From contig JACAEV010000100.1 in assembly GCA_013388645.1 (NCBI GenBank), positions 24,934-88,933 of the forward strand: 64,000 nt of DNA, read 5' to 3'. Position numbers and translations under genes: made by a program. Shown here one piece after another: positions 10,232-19,848 of the stretch. This stretch comes from Syntrophaceae bacterium (GTDB lineage Bacteria; Desulfobacterota; BSN033; UBA1163). Position 1 is the first letter of the stretch. Each line of letters begins with the position of its first letter. Under the pieces are notes generated by a model that was not told where the DNA came from, did not search any database, and saw only the letters and a program-made list of their open reading frames with translations.

Positions 10232-11196
10232 GATTGCCTCCATATTCTCACAAAAGCATTGCACATTGAATTGACCAATGACTTCAACGTAACGTTAAGA
10301 AGTCATCATTGCGTGAGTGATCACGCCAAATAAGGGGGAAGGGAAGATGCCCAACCCTAAAATCAGAACCAAAACAACGACGCCTGCGAGGAGGGCAGAA
10401 AGGTCGATCTATCGCAGTCAAATCATCCAGGCAGAGGAACCGACGCGTGGACTCGCCCTTGAGAAACCGCAGAACGTCCTTTGCCTGTTTTTCGGCTACG
10501 TGAAAGCTAACGTATCCGCCGTTGGGGGAGTCTCCTGGATCGCATCGTCAAATTTTTCCTTCTTATCCGGTTGGGAGGATACCACATTCATAAGGCCTCT
10601 GTTTCTCCTGATTTGGTTTCTTCTCTCCCAGCCAGCTTGAAAGAAAAAGGATAACCCCTATCAGCATGAAGGCACGAATCACATAAATGCCAAGAGAAAG
10701 GAGGCCTAGTTCCCAGGGGGTCACTGTTAGGCTATTTGATTCGAATTCCAAACTTTTCCTCTCCAACCTCGAGGCAACGAAACAGAACCGGTTCGCCTCT
10801 TGGCCTAACATTTAACTATTCTAATTATTTTCAATGGTCTACTTTACAAGAAACATGCCAGGATAACGAAATGATATGGTATTGTTTTAAAATTCAAATG
10901 GTTAAGTGTTGTATACTGTCATGAAGGAGGGGTAAAAGTTTCTGAAGATGTCCTGCAAGACAGGATTCTGTCCCTTGGAGCAGGAATTCGTCTATTCTAA
11001 CAAGACGTATCGGAGGGTTTTAGAGGCCATCAGAAAGTCACGAGACCCCAGCGATATGCTTTTTATCAAAACGACTTTCGCTGAACCCAATACATACCCT
11101 GGGCAGCGGGCACTTTCATTCCGCGTCATTAGCAATCTTGGCAGCATTTCCTTGTCTGGCAAATATCATCTTTAGTGAATGAATAACGGAAGAATC

Positions 11197-11796
11197 TCAA
11201 TGTCTATTTCTTCTGTTCTTGAAATATATGAAGAAGATTCCACCCACAAAAAGTATTAACACGACAACGATTAAAATATGTTCAATACGTGTGATATCTT
11301 TTTTCAACATCTCGATGCTATTCCCTCCGGTATATCCAATTCCACCCATGAAAGTGATCGTGAATAATGCAGAGGTTGCATCAGCCATCATAAATTTTAT
11401 TGCAGACATTCTCATCACCCCTGCTGCAAGAAATATCTGTGCCCTGATCCCTAAAAGATGCCTTCCAAAGAATACTACCCAAATGCCCCATCTCTTAAAT
11501 TTTTCTTCAAGTTTTGAAAGCCTCTCAGGTGAGATGATACTGTGGAACCTTATGTGTTCAACCACCCTCCTGCCATATTTCTTGCCAACCCAATAGAGGG
11601 AAAAATCAGTCACTAATAGACCGGAATAAACGACCAAAAACGTTGGCAATGGTTGAATAACACGATGGGCAACTAAAAACCCACTCAATATAAGGGTGGT
11701 ATCCTCTGGAAAGGGTAATCCAATATCTCCAAGAACGAGAAGGGCAACAATCCCTAAGTATGGAAAGTGTTCTACGATTCCTGAAATATCAGACAT
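11197..11796 (-). CDS. DedA/TVP38 family membrane protein
   Basis: YLGIVALLVLGDIGLPFPEDTTLILSGFLV ... FFGRHLLGIRAQIFLAAG is the typical DedA core. Confidence 0.8.
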   Translation of the reverse strand: MSDISGIVEHFPYLGIVALLVLGDIGLPFPEDTTLILSGFLVAHRVIQPLPTFLVVYSGLLVTDFSLYWVGKKYGRRVVEHIRFHSIISPERLSKLEEKFKRWGIWVVFFGRHLLGIRAQIFLAAGVMRMSAIKFMMADATSALFTITFMGGIGYTGGNSIEMLKKDITRIEHILIVVVLILFVGGIFFIYFKNRRNRH

Positions 11797-11828
11797 TTAA
11801 TAACTACCAACTCCCGTTGTATGTTTCC

Positions 11829-13217
11829 TTAATTTGTACGGTATTTTGGAAGAGTAAATGCAAAAGTACTTCCTTTTCCATAAATGCTATCGACCCATAT
11901 CCTCCCGCCGTTTGTCTCCACAATGGTCTTGACAATCGCCAGCCCGAGTCCTGAGCCTTTGGAGTCCTCGGTTACTCGATAAAAAGGGTTGAATAGATGC
12001 GGGAGGTGTTCCTCGGGAATGCCCGTCCCCGTATCGGCTACTTGGACAAAAATGTCTTTATCTCTATCTGAAAGAGTAACCGTTATTGTCCCACCAGGAT
12101 TTGTATACTTTATTGAATTATCGAGTAGATTGACAAGAACTCTATCGATTTGTGTAACATCGGCATGGACCGCTGCTGTTCGACCATCAATAACTTCGAA
12201 GATCAGTTTGATATTCTTCTTCTCCGCCTCAATTCTTAGAGCCTCCAGGTTTTTTTCTATAGACATTGTCAAGTCAAATGGAGCAGGAACCGTTTTATAT
12301 TCACCTGATTCAATCCTCGAAAATTCAAGGAAGTTTGTGATAAACTTCCCCACCCTACGGATTGCATCGCTTATTAATTCCAGGTAGTTTAATTGCTTGT
12401 CTGTTAGCGGCCCCGCTTTACCCGAGGATAATCGTGACAGAAATCCTTCTGCCACGAGAGTGGGGTTCTTCATGTCATGGGCAAACATGGAAAGCATATT
12501 CTTTCGTTCCCTTTCCAATTTCTTGGATTCGGATATATCCATAGCCGTCTCGTAACGCACCCATCTCCCATCTGGCCATTTTATTGCGCGATCAACACAC
12601 CTGTACCATCGCTGATGTACTCTATCCCAATGTTCCCAGAAATAGGGCTTTCCTTTGTTCTCACCAAAAATGTATTTATTGGTGCAGAAATCACAGGGCT
12701 TTTGCACGTTCTGTAATGTTTCATAGCATTTTTTCCCAATAATTTCCGAACCCGCCAGATTACTTAGGGCGTTGTTAGCGTAAAGGATTTCGTACGATTC
12801 AGGATCAGATATATAGATGAGATCGTCAGTGGTATCGAGGATGGATAAGAATTGCCCGTGCTCAAACTTGAGGGCTTTCTCTTTTTCTGCAAGCCTAAAT
12901 AAAATATAAACAACAATGAAGAAGATACCCAACTTCTCAGCCAGATTCCACAAAGGAATAACTGTATTGGGATAAGAAGGTCCCGATATCATATCAGTCA
13001 AAGTCCATATGAGTGCACTTGTGGTAGATACCAAAATCCCGGCGGCGGAGCTTCCCACAAACCAGAAGACAAAAATAACGGGGATTAAATAAAACACCAG
13101 CGAGGAAAAGGCAGGCCCTGTTAAATAATCGATCATCCCTATCAATATGACAAGGGCAAATCCCAGTACCGTCAAGAACGGTCCTTGTCGTTTATTGAAA
13201 ACGTCCTCCGCATTCAT
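11829..13217 (-). CDS. Sensor histidine kinase: N-terminal multi-TM domain, Cys-rich PAS domain, HisKA, HATPase
   Basis: H-box FAHDMKNPT. N/G boxes LLDNSIKYT and GTGIPEEHLPHLFNPFYRV...GSGLGLAIVK. PAS segment with C-x10-C-x2-C ... C. Confidence 0.85.
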   Translation of the reverse strand: MNAEDVFNKRQGPFLTVLGFALVILIGMIDYLTGPAFSSLVFYLIPVIFVFWFVGSSAAGILVSTTSALIWTLTDMISGPSYPNTVIPLWNLAEKLGIFFIVVYILFRLAEKEKALKFEHGQFLSILDTTDDLIYISDPESYEILYANNALSNLAGSEIIGKKCYETLQNVQKPCDFCTNKYIFGENKGKPYFWEHWDRVHQRWYRCVDRAIKWPDGRWVRYETAMDISESKKLERERKNMLSMFAHDMKNPTLVAEGFLSRLSSGKAGPLTDKQLNYLELISDAIRRVGKFITNFLEFSRIESGEYKTVPAPFDLTMSIEKNLEALRIEAEKKNIKLIFEVIDGRTAAVHADVTQIDRVLVNLLDNSIKYTNPGGTITVTLSDRDKDIFVQVADTGTGIPEEHLPHLFNPFYRVTEDSKGSGLGLAIVKTIVETNGGRIWVDSIYGKGSTFAFTLPKYRTN

Positions 13218-13251
13218 AGCCCTCCTTAAAAAAGACCTCTTAGGGTCTCAG

Positions 13252-15696
13252 CTATAATACAAATTTTTTGAACAAATAGTATTTGGGGAAATCGATACCC
13301 AGTGTAAATAAGGCCGAGAATCCCAGAATAGCAAGGACCTGATATAACGTGAGGGATGGGACAAGGATATCGTATACGCCAAGTAGCGCAAATCCAATGA
13401 TGGTCGCTGCACTCAAAATAAGTAATTCCCTGCCAGGACGTGATGACCAGAAGTGTCTCCTTTCTCTTACGATGAGTACTCTAAACTGGCTGTTAAATAT
13501 GAGATTCAGCATGACGAGGGTGCGCAACTTCTCCCATTCAAGATGGAAATATTTCATCCCCATGAGGATTACGATCATACCCTCCACAACCAGCAGTATC
13601 CCTGGAATGAGTGATGCCAGAGTAATGTTCTTCACATTCCACTTGTTCGGATTGCTTGTATGCTTTACATTGTCGGTTGCCAGAGACATGGTTACGAAAT
13701 CGTTTGCAAACACAAGCAGCGACATCCCGAGGAGAGAGAGCACAACTTCATGGAGCCAGAAGAAGCTCAGGGTCAATAGACCGACGAATTCTATGACCTT
13801 CGTAACCTTATTTAGGACCCATGTCAGCATCCGTTGATAGGTCTTCCTACTTATGGTTACCGCATCAATGATCACGCTCATGCCTGGTTCGGTTAAGACC
13901 ACGCTTGCTGACGCTTTCGCGGCGTCGGTCGAGTTGCTTACCGCTATTCCCATCTCCGCCTGCTTCAGTGCCGGCGCATCGTTAACCCCATCTCCGGTCA
14001 TCCCTACCATGTGACCCCTGGATTGCAGAAGTTTCACGACTTTGTACTTGTCCTCGGGATAGATCTCGGCAAACCCGTCGCTCTCTTCGACTACCTTCAC
14101 CTGTTCATTTTCGCTTAAGTGTTCAATATCAGCCAGTCGGATAATGTTACTGCCGATACCCACCTGATAGGCTATTTCTTTCGCTATGGCAATATTATCA
14201 CCGGTAAGCATCAGCGGCTTTATTCCCTGCTTTCTTGCTTCCTCGATCATGCTTTTTGAGTCCAGCCTGGGTGGATCAGCCATCGGCAGCAATCCTACAA
14301 GTTTGAGATTATCCAAATCATCGCCTTCCGATCGAGCAACTGCTATGGTTCTGTACCCTTTCTGAGAAACCTCTTCTATGGTTCTCTTTGCCTTCTCTAT
14401 GGCCTCTTTATCGATTCCCCGGCACAGAGTTATGACTACCTGGGCTGCGCCTTTAACAGCTTTAAAACGCTTCCCATCGGCTTCAATGATCGCCTCTGTT
14501 CTCTTGACCGACGGATTGAAGGGTGTATATGAAAGTTGTTTGTACGCATTAAGATCAACTCGCGTATTTTTAGCGTATCCAATAACTGCAAGGTCTATGA
14601 TATCCATGCCCTCCTCTTGCGACGATAGGGCGGCTATGGCAATTACATCTTCTTTCGAATATCCGGAGAACGGTATGCTGTCGGTAACCGACAATTTGTT
14701 CTGAGTCATCGTACCTGTCTTATCGAGGCAGAGGACGTCTACTGAAGCGGCATCCTCGATCGAATCGAGCCTCGTGACCAGTGCTCCTTTTTTTGCCAGC
14801 TCCATTGCTCCGACGGACTGGACTATGGTGAGAACGGCCGGAAGGGCTACAGGGACCGCGCCCATCAGGAAGATTACCGCGAAAGTCAGTATCAGCAGGA
14901 TACCTAAATGCATCACTAACACATCTATTGAAACTAAAACCGATGCGGCTATACCCAAATACATCATATATTTGACCACAGCCATCATTACTTCCTCCTG
15001 ATGGGACTTTGGCTTGGCTGTTTTGACCAGTTCCGCTGTTTTACCGAAGTACGTATTTGCTCCCGTATTGATGACCGCGCACCTGGCCTCTCCACGCCTC
15101 ACTACGGAACTCGCGTAGATGACGTCCGATTGGCGCGCCTCCACAGCCAAGGATTCTCCGGTCAGGGCTGACTGATCAACTGAAAGCTGGCCGCTCACAA
15201 TCTCGGCATCGGCCGCCACGATATCCCCGATTCCGACGGTGATGATGTCCCCGGGCACGATCTCCTTAGCCTCCCTTATTCCCCATCTCCCATCCCGTAA
15301 TACCTTAGCTTTTATCGCCAGCTTTTTCTTGAGAAGTTCGACCGCTCTCTGCGAACCCCGTGAGTGCATGTGGCCAATGATTGCGTTTACGGTGAGTAGC
15401 AAAAAGATAATTATCCCTTCAAGATAATGTCTCAGTACGAACGAGAGGCCCATCGCCAGCTCCAGAAGCCACGGCATGGGCCCCCAGTATCGCAGCAAAA
15501 ATTCAAAAAAAGGATTTTTCTTCTTCTCCACTATTTCATTATATCCAAAGAATTCGAGTCGATTCTTAACTTCACTCTCCGTAAGACCCTCTGCTGTTGT
15601 GTTTAAGAGTTTGAACGTCTCTTCAATAGGGGATTTCTTGTATTCAGAGGTGTTTTTAATTTTTAAGTCCATAAAAGCAATCCTATTCCGTAACAA
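13252..15696 (-). CDS. P-type ATPase, type IIIA (plasma-membrane proton-pump-like), 814 aa
   Basis: CLDKTGTMTQNKL phosphorylation motif, MTGDGVNDAPALKQAEMGIAV hinge, TGES actuator motif. C-terminal region LIVRERRHFWSSRPG is typical of H+-ATPase-like pumps. Confidence 0.9.
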   Translation of the reverse strand: MLRNRIAFMDLKIKNTSEYKKSPIEETFKLLNTTAEGLTESEVKNRLEFFGYNEIVEKKKNPFFEFLLRYWGPMPWLLELAMGLSFVLRHYLEGIIIFLLLTVNAIIGHMHSRGSQRAVELLKKKLAIKAKVLRDGRWGIREAKEIVPGDIITVGIGDIVAADAEIVSGQLSVDQSALTGESLAVEARQSDVIYASSVVRRGEARCAVINTGANTYFGKTAELVKTAKPKSHQEEVMMAVVKYMMYLGIAASVLVSIDVLVMHLGILLILTFAVIFLMGAVPVALPAVLTIVQSVGAMELAKKGALVTRLDSIEDAASVDVLCLDKTGTMTQNKLSVTDSIPFSGYSKEDVIAIAALSSQEEGMDIIDLAVIGYAKNTRVDLNAYKQLSYTPFNPSVKRTEAIIEADGKRFKAVKGAAQVVITLCRGIDKEAIEKAKRTIEEVSQKGYRTIAVARSEGDDLDNLKLVGLLPMADPPRLDSKSMIEEARKQGIKPLMLTGDNIAIAKEIAYQVGIGSNIIRLADIEHLSENEQVKVVEESDGFAEIYPEDKYKVVKLLQSRGHMVGMTGDGVNDAPALKQAEMGIAVSNSTDAAKASASVVLTEPGMSVIIDAVTISRKTYQRMLTWVLNKVTKVIEFVGLLTLSFFWLHEVVLSLLGMSLLVFANDFVTMSLATDNVKHTSNPNKWNVKNITLASLIPGILLVVEGMIVILMGMKYFHLEWEKLRTLVMLNLIFNSQFRVLIVRERRHFWSSRPGRELLILSAATIIGFALLGVYDILVPSLTLYQVLAILGFSALFTLGIDFPKYYLFKKFVL

Positions 15697-15698
15697 AT

Positions 15699-16781
15699 TT
15701 AAAAAATACTGAATTTAAGATACTTCCGCGGATGCTCTTTAATATCTTTAACGAATGCCTCAAGCTCTACACTCAATTTCTTGAACTCCACGAGAGCCTC
15801 ACTCAACTCTCTGGTAAACTCTTCGTTTCTGACAAAAGCACCGGCTAGCCCTTCGCCTTTATCTATTTTTTCTAAGATAGAAGAAAGTTGTTTGGATCCC
15901 CTGTTAAGGTTCTCATACAATTCTGCGTCTTCAACCAATTTTTTTAGTGTCCCGTGACTCTCATTGAGCTTCTTGCTGAATTCTTCTATCCGCGAGATGG
16001 TGGAAAGCGTCTTATTGTAAAGGGATGGGTCTTCAACCAGCTTTCTCAACGTCCCATTCCCCTCATTGAGTCTCTTGCTGAACTCTTCAAACGATGAAGT
16101 AGCGGTGAGTAGTTTATTATAAAGAGAAGGGTCTTCTATCATCATTTTCATGGTGCCTCGTGAAGTTGCAATATCTTCTATTAACAGAGATAGCTTTTTA
16201 GTGGTTTGATTCAAATTTTCATAAATAGCGGGGTCTTTGAAGAATTTAGCAATGGTCCCTTCACTCCTTTCCATCTCCACCACAAGATTATCCAGCTTTG
16301 TTATAAACTCACCCATTTTCCCGATAGTAACGGATGCAGTCCCCATGATATCTGAGAACTCAATTTGTGTCTCGCCTTTTATCGTCTCCCCTGCGTGGAT
16401 TTGCTTTGCCAATGGCGAGCCAGTGCTCAATTCAATGTATTTATCACCCAACAGCCCCATTGTAAGTATGCTTGCCTGAGCATCCTTTTTAATAAATGTC
16501 TGGACGCTCTTATCGATAGAGATGGTAACGATCGCTCCTCGAACCGGATCCAAATTGATTCTCTTAACGGAACCCACCTCTGTGCCAAACAGCCAGACAG
16601 GAGAACCTCTTCGCAATCCCTTAGCATCCTTAAATTGTGCTTTGAGTTCGACTCTGGGTGAAAACATCTCTCCGATCCCCCCGGCAAAGATGACAGCCAC
16701 AATCAGTATTAAGAGAGCAAGGGTGATCACCAAACCAGCCTTGAGCTTTGACCAGCTGAGCTGCTTTTTCGTATCAAACAT
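15699..16781 (-). CDS. mlaD: MlaD/MCE-domain protein with a C-terminal coiled-coil repeat array
   Basis: The MCE domain covers roughly residues 40-150 (SPVWLFGTEVGSVKRINL ... LLGDKYIELSTG). It is followed by three to four repeats of about 38 aa (EDPSLYNKLLTATSSFEEFSKRLNEGNGTLRKLV). Confidence 0.8.
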   Translation of the reverse strand: MFDTKKQLSWSKLKAGLVITLALLILIVAVIFAGGIGEMFSPRVELKAQFKDAKGLRRGSPVWLFGTEVGSVKRINLDPVRGAIVTISIDKSVQTFIKKDAQASILTMGLLGDKYIELSTGSPLAKQIHAGETIKGETQIEFSDIMGTASVTIGKMGEFITKLDNLVVEMERSEGTIAKFFKDPAIYENLNQTTKKLSLLIEDIATSRGTMKMMIEDPSLYNKLLTATSSFEEFSKRLNEGNGTLRKLVEDPSLYNKTLSTISRIEEFSKKLNESHGTLKKLVEDAELYENLNRGSKQLSSILEKIDKGEGLAGAFVRNEEFTRELSEALVEFKKLSVELEAFVKDIKEHPRKYLKFSIF

Positions 16782-16790
16782 CTCTTCCTC

Positions 16791-17549
16791 CTATGAACCA
16801 ATACACGATCGACTCTTTAGAACAAGGCTCAATTCGCTAAGGAATACCTGAAGTTCGGGAAGAGTCGAACCGATAAACTGCTCTTTTTGGCCATCAAAAA
16901 TGATCATTCCCTCTTTTAAAACTATAAATCGGTCTGCCACCTTGATGGCATCCGTGACTTTTTGTGTAATCATCACAAACCCCTTTCCATTTTTAGATAG
17001 ATCGTGGATGAGTCCACATATAATATCTGAATTAGCCGGGTCGAGCCCTGATGTGGGTTCATCGTATAGAAACATCTTTGATTCAAAGGCAGCGAGTAAC
17101 CTCGCAATGGAAACCCTTCGGTGCATGCCACCACTTAGTTCTTCGGGTATCATTTCCACGGCATACTCCAACCCGACCATCCTAAGTAATTCTTTCACCC
17201 TTTCATCGATCTCCTGTTCAGACATTCTTGTATATTCTCTTAAATAAAAGGCCACGTTTTCCTTTACACTCAAAGAATCGAAAAGGGCCCCTTCCTGAAA
17301 AACAACGCTGAATTTCATCCTGATAGGGCGAAGCTCGTCTTCCGTTTTATCATTTATTTTCACCTCATCAATGAGAATTCTGCCAGCATCTGGGTTGATG
17401 AGTCCCAAAGTAAGTTTGAGAACGGTCGTCTTGCCTCCTCCGCTTTCTCCGAGGATCGCAACCCTCTCATGGGCGTTGATAGAGAAACTGACATCCTTAA
17501 GAATCCGTCGCGCACCGTACGAAAACGAGACCCTATCAAATTCAATCAT
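16791..17549 (-). CDS. mlaF: ABC transporter ATP-binding protein (MlaF-like)
   Basis: Walker A GESGGGKTT, signature LSGGMHRRVSIARLL, Walker B FLYDEPTSGLD. Confidence 0.85.
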   Translation of the reverse strand: MIEFDRVSFSYGARRILKDVSFSINAHERVAILGESGGGKTTVLKLTLGLINPDAGRILIDEVKINDKTEDELRPIRMKFSVVFQEGALFDSLSVKENVAFYLREYTRMSEQEIDERVKELLRMVGLEYAVEMIPEELSGGMHRRVSIARLLAAFESKMFLYDEPTSGLDPANSDIICGLIHDLSKNGKGFVMITQKVTDAIKVADRFIVLKEGMIIFDGQKEQFIGSTLPELQVFLSELSLVLKSRSCIGS

Positions 17550-18325
17550 ACTGAAAATCCCAAAATGTAAAGTAATATCCTTGTCAGGATGAAATCAGCA
17601 ACGATGATCATGATAAATGATATGACCACAGCCCTTGTCGTTGTCCTCCTGAGCCCCTTCGCTCCACCTCTTGTGGAAAGTCCTATATAACAACTGATGC
17701 AGGCGATCAGATAACCGAAGAGAAATGGTTTCATAGCACCAGCAAAGACATTCTCAAAGGTAAAGACTTCTCGAACCGAACTCCAGTAAACGTTACTACT
17801 TTGATAACTCACATAGACTGCGATGAAATAGCCCCCCAGAACGGAAATGGCATCTCCAATAATCGTTAGGACGGGTAGCATGATGATAGAACTCCATATT
17901 CTCGGTGTGACCAGCTTTTTCAAAGGATCTACACCAAAGACTCTGAGCGTATCCACCTGGTGGCCGAGGATCATGGACCCCAATTCTGAGGCCATACCAG
18001 AACCAACTCTCCCCGCAAAGACCAGTGCTGTCACTACAGGTCCTAATTCCCTGACAATAGAGACCCCCACAATACTTCCGGTATAAATCTTAAGACCAAC
18101 CCTCGAAAGTTCGGCAGAGAGTTGAAGTGAGAGTGCCATCCCTAAGAAGAAGGAGACGAGGAGAACGATGACCAGGGATCCCGGTCCAGCATAATCCAAT
18201 TGCTCGAGGGTATCTTTGAAATAAAATGGTTTCCTTATTAAACCCAAAACCCCGCGAACGGAGAGGAAATAAAAATCCTGAAGTTCGCTTACCCACTCTT
18301 TTAATTTACTAATTTCCCTTTCCAT
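17546..18325 (-). CDS. mlaE: ABC transporter permease (MlaE-like)
   Basis: 259-aa polytopic membrane protein. Overlaps mlaF by 4 nt. Typical MlaE length and hydrophobicity pattern. Confidence 0.85.
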   Translation of the reverse strand: MEREISKLKEWVSELQDFYFLSVRGVLGLIRKPFYFKDTLEQLDYAGPGSLVIVLLVSFFLGMALSLQLSAELSRVGLKIYTGSIVGVSIVRELGPVVTALVFAGRVGSGMASELGSMILGHQVDTLRVFGVDPLKKLVTPRIWSSIIMLPVLTIIGDAISVLGGYFIAVYVSYQSSNVYWSSVREVFTFENVFAGAMKPFLFGYLIACISCYIGLSTRGGAKGLRRTTTRAVVISFIMIIVADFILTRILLYILGFSV

Positions 18326-18453
18326 TTCTTCAATGATCCGATTCTTTCCGAAATCTTAGCAGAAATTCTTGAGCTCACTTTCACCAGAGGTGATAATGGT
18401 TGCTGAGTTGAGTATTTGAACGGTGTGGTCCCAATTTAGGGCCTTTTCACCAT

Positions 18454-19848
18454 TTATTTCAGGTCATTCAGGATTGTTTCAGCAATAGCTTCATAATCGC
18501 CGCCAAAATGATGGCCTCCCTTTAAGGGGATAACTTTCCCAAGATCGACACGCAATTTCTTACAGAGTGAATGCTTCTCTTCTTCTCCATAAAAGCAAAG
18601 GATCCTTACACCTTTTAGCCTTTCAACTTCTGGAAGGACAGAATAGCCCTTTCTTGCAGAAGAGACCCCCAGCCAGTCAGTCAAATGAAACTCAAAATCT
18701 ACCACATCACCTGGACCGAGTAGTGCAACGCCTTGAATCCGCGTAAGAATCTCTTGCGGAAGGCGATTGACCATGAATGGTAGTACATCGGCTCCCAACA
18801 AGTAACCTATGAGGATAGCTTTTTCCATCTTCCATGCATCGAAGTAATGCCTTAAAATCCTTCCGAGATCCCTAGCTGATTCATCTGGGGTACGCCGCGT
18901 CCAGAAGTATTGCAGAGAATTAAGACCTACTACCGGAATTCCATGACCAGCAAGAATATTCCCCAACTCTCGATCGATGCCTGCCCATCCTCCATCCCCT
19001 GAAAGGATAACGGCCATTGAATTTCTCGGTAAATCTTTCGGTAAAACTTCAACCAAAGGAAGATCTTTTAATTCATCAGCGAACGAAGAGCGATTGATCT
19101 TATGTCTTTCAACAAGGCTGATAAATACCTGTCTGAATTGAGGCATCCAATTTCGCTGAACAGCAAATCCGTGGCCTACCTTAGGAAGAAGAACAATCTT
19201 CCCTTCCTTAACCTGTCTCACATAATTCTGCACAGCAGTGACATTGCAAACCTGGTCAATTGTGCCTTGAAAGGCAATCCATGGCGTCTGAAGATTCGAT
19301 GCAGGAACGAAACTATATCCCCTCCCCCTCGAACCAGGTTTCCACTCCAGCCCATATCCCCGACAAAGAGGTTTTGTCAGGGGAAGGTCTGGGCAGAAGC
19401 CTAAACTAATAGCTCCGTGAAAAGTATTGGGAGGCGCCTGAACCAGAATTGCATAAACCAGTGTCGCTCCTGAGGAATATCCGACTAGGATCGGTGGCAC
19501 GTAATTTGGGAAATCCAACTTTTTCTGTATAAACTTACTCAACATTTCAAAATCTGCTGCTGCGTAGCTACATTTCTCAGAGGAAATTCTCAGTTCTTTT
19601 AAATAATGAGAAATATCAATACCCACGACAACCACACCCAATGAAGCAAGAGCCTTTGCCATGTCAATGACCCCTTTATTCCAACCCCCATCGCCTGAAA
19701 CGAATAGAACGACTTGAGATGGATGCCGGGATTCTCGATACACGGTTACCCTACCAAAGCGCCCAAAGAATAAATACTCTTCAGCCATGGAGAGTGAATG
19801 AGTTAGTAGTGAAAGAAGAATGAATACGCCCAAAATAAGTCGCTTCAT
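18454..19848 (-). CDS. VirJ/AcvB-family secreted alpha/beta-hydrolase (probable lysyl-phosphatidylglycerol hydrolase)
   Basis: Signal peptide. Two repeated SGDGGW-containing hydrolase-like halves (VVLFVSGDGGWNKGV ... MAVILSGDGGWAGID). 4-nt overlap with upstream mprF. Confidence 0.7.
   Translation of the reverse strand: MKRLILGVFILLSLLTHSLSMAEEYLFFGRFGRVTVYRESRHPSQVVLFVSGDGGWNKGVIDMAKALASLGVVVVGIDISHYLKELRISSEKCSYAAADFEMLSKFIQKKLDFPNYVPPILVGYSSGATLVYAILVQAPPNTFHGAISLGFCPDLPLTKPLCRGYGLEWKPGSRGRGYSFVPASNLQTPWIAFQGTIDQVCNVTAVQNYVRQVKEGKIVLLPKVGHGFAVQRNWMPQFRQVFISLVERHKINRSSFADELKDLPLVEVLPKDLPRNSMAVILSGDGGWAGIDRELGNILAGHGIPVVGLNSLQYFWTRRTPDESARDLGRILRHYFDAWKMEKAILIGYLLGADVLPFMVNRLPQEILTRIQGVALLGPGDVVDFEFHLTDWLGVSSARKGYSVLPEVERLKGVRILCFYGEEEKHSLCKKLRVDLGKVIPLKGGHHFGGDYEAIAETILNDLK

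Noticed and set aside
10317-11175. Track ORFs 10317..10640, 10563..10811, 10736..10924 and 10948..11175
   Set aside because: No RBS at proper spacing. They are mutually overlapping and have atypical amino-acid composition. The region is treated as noncoding.
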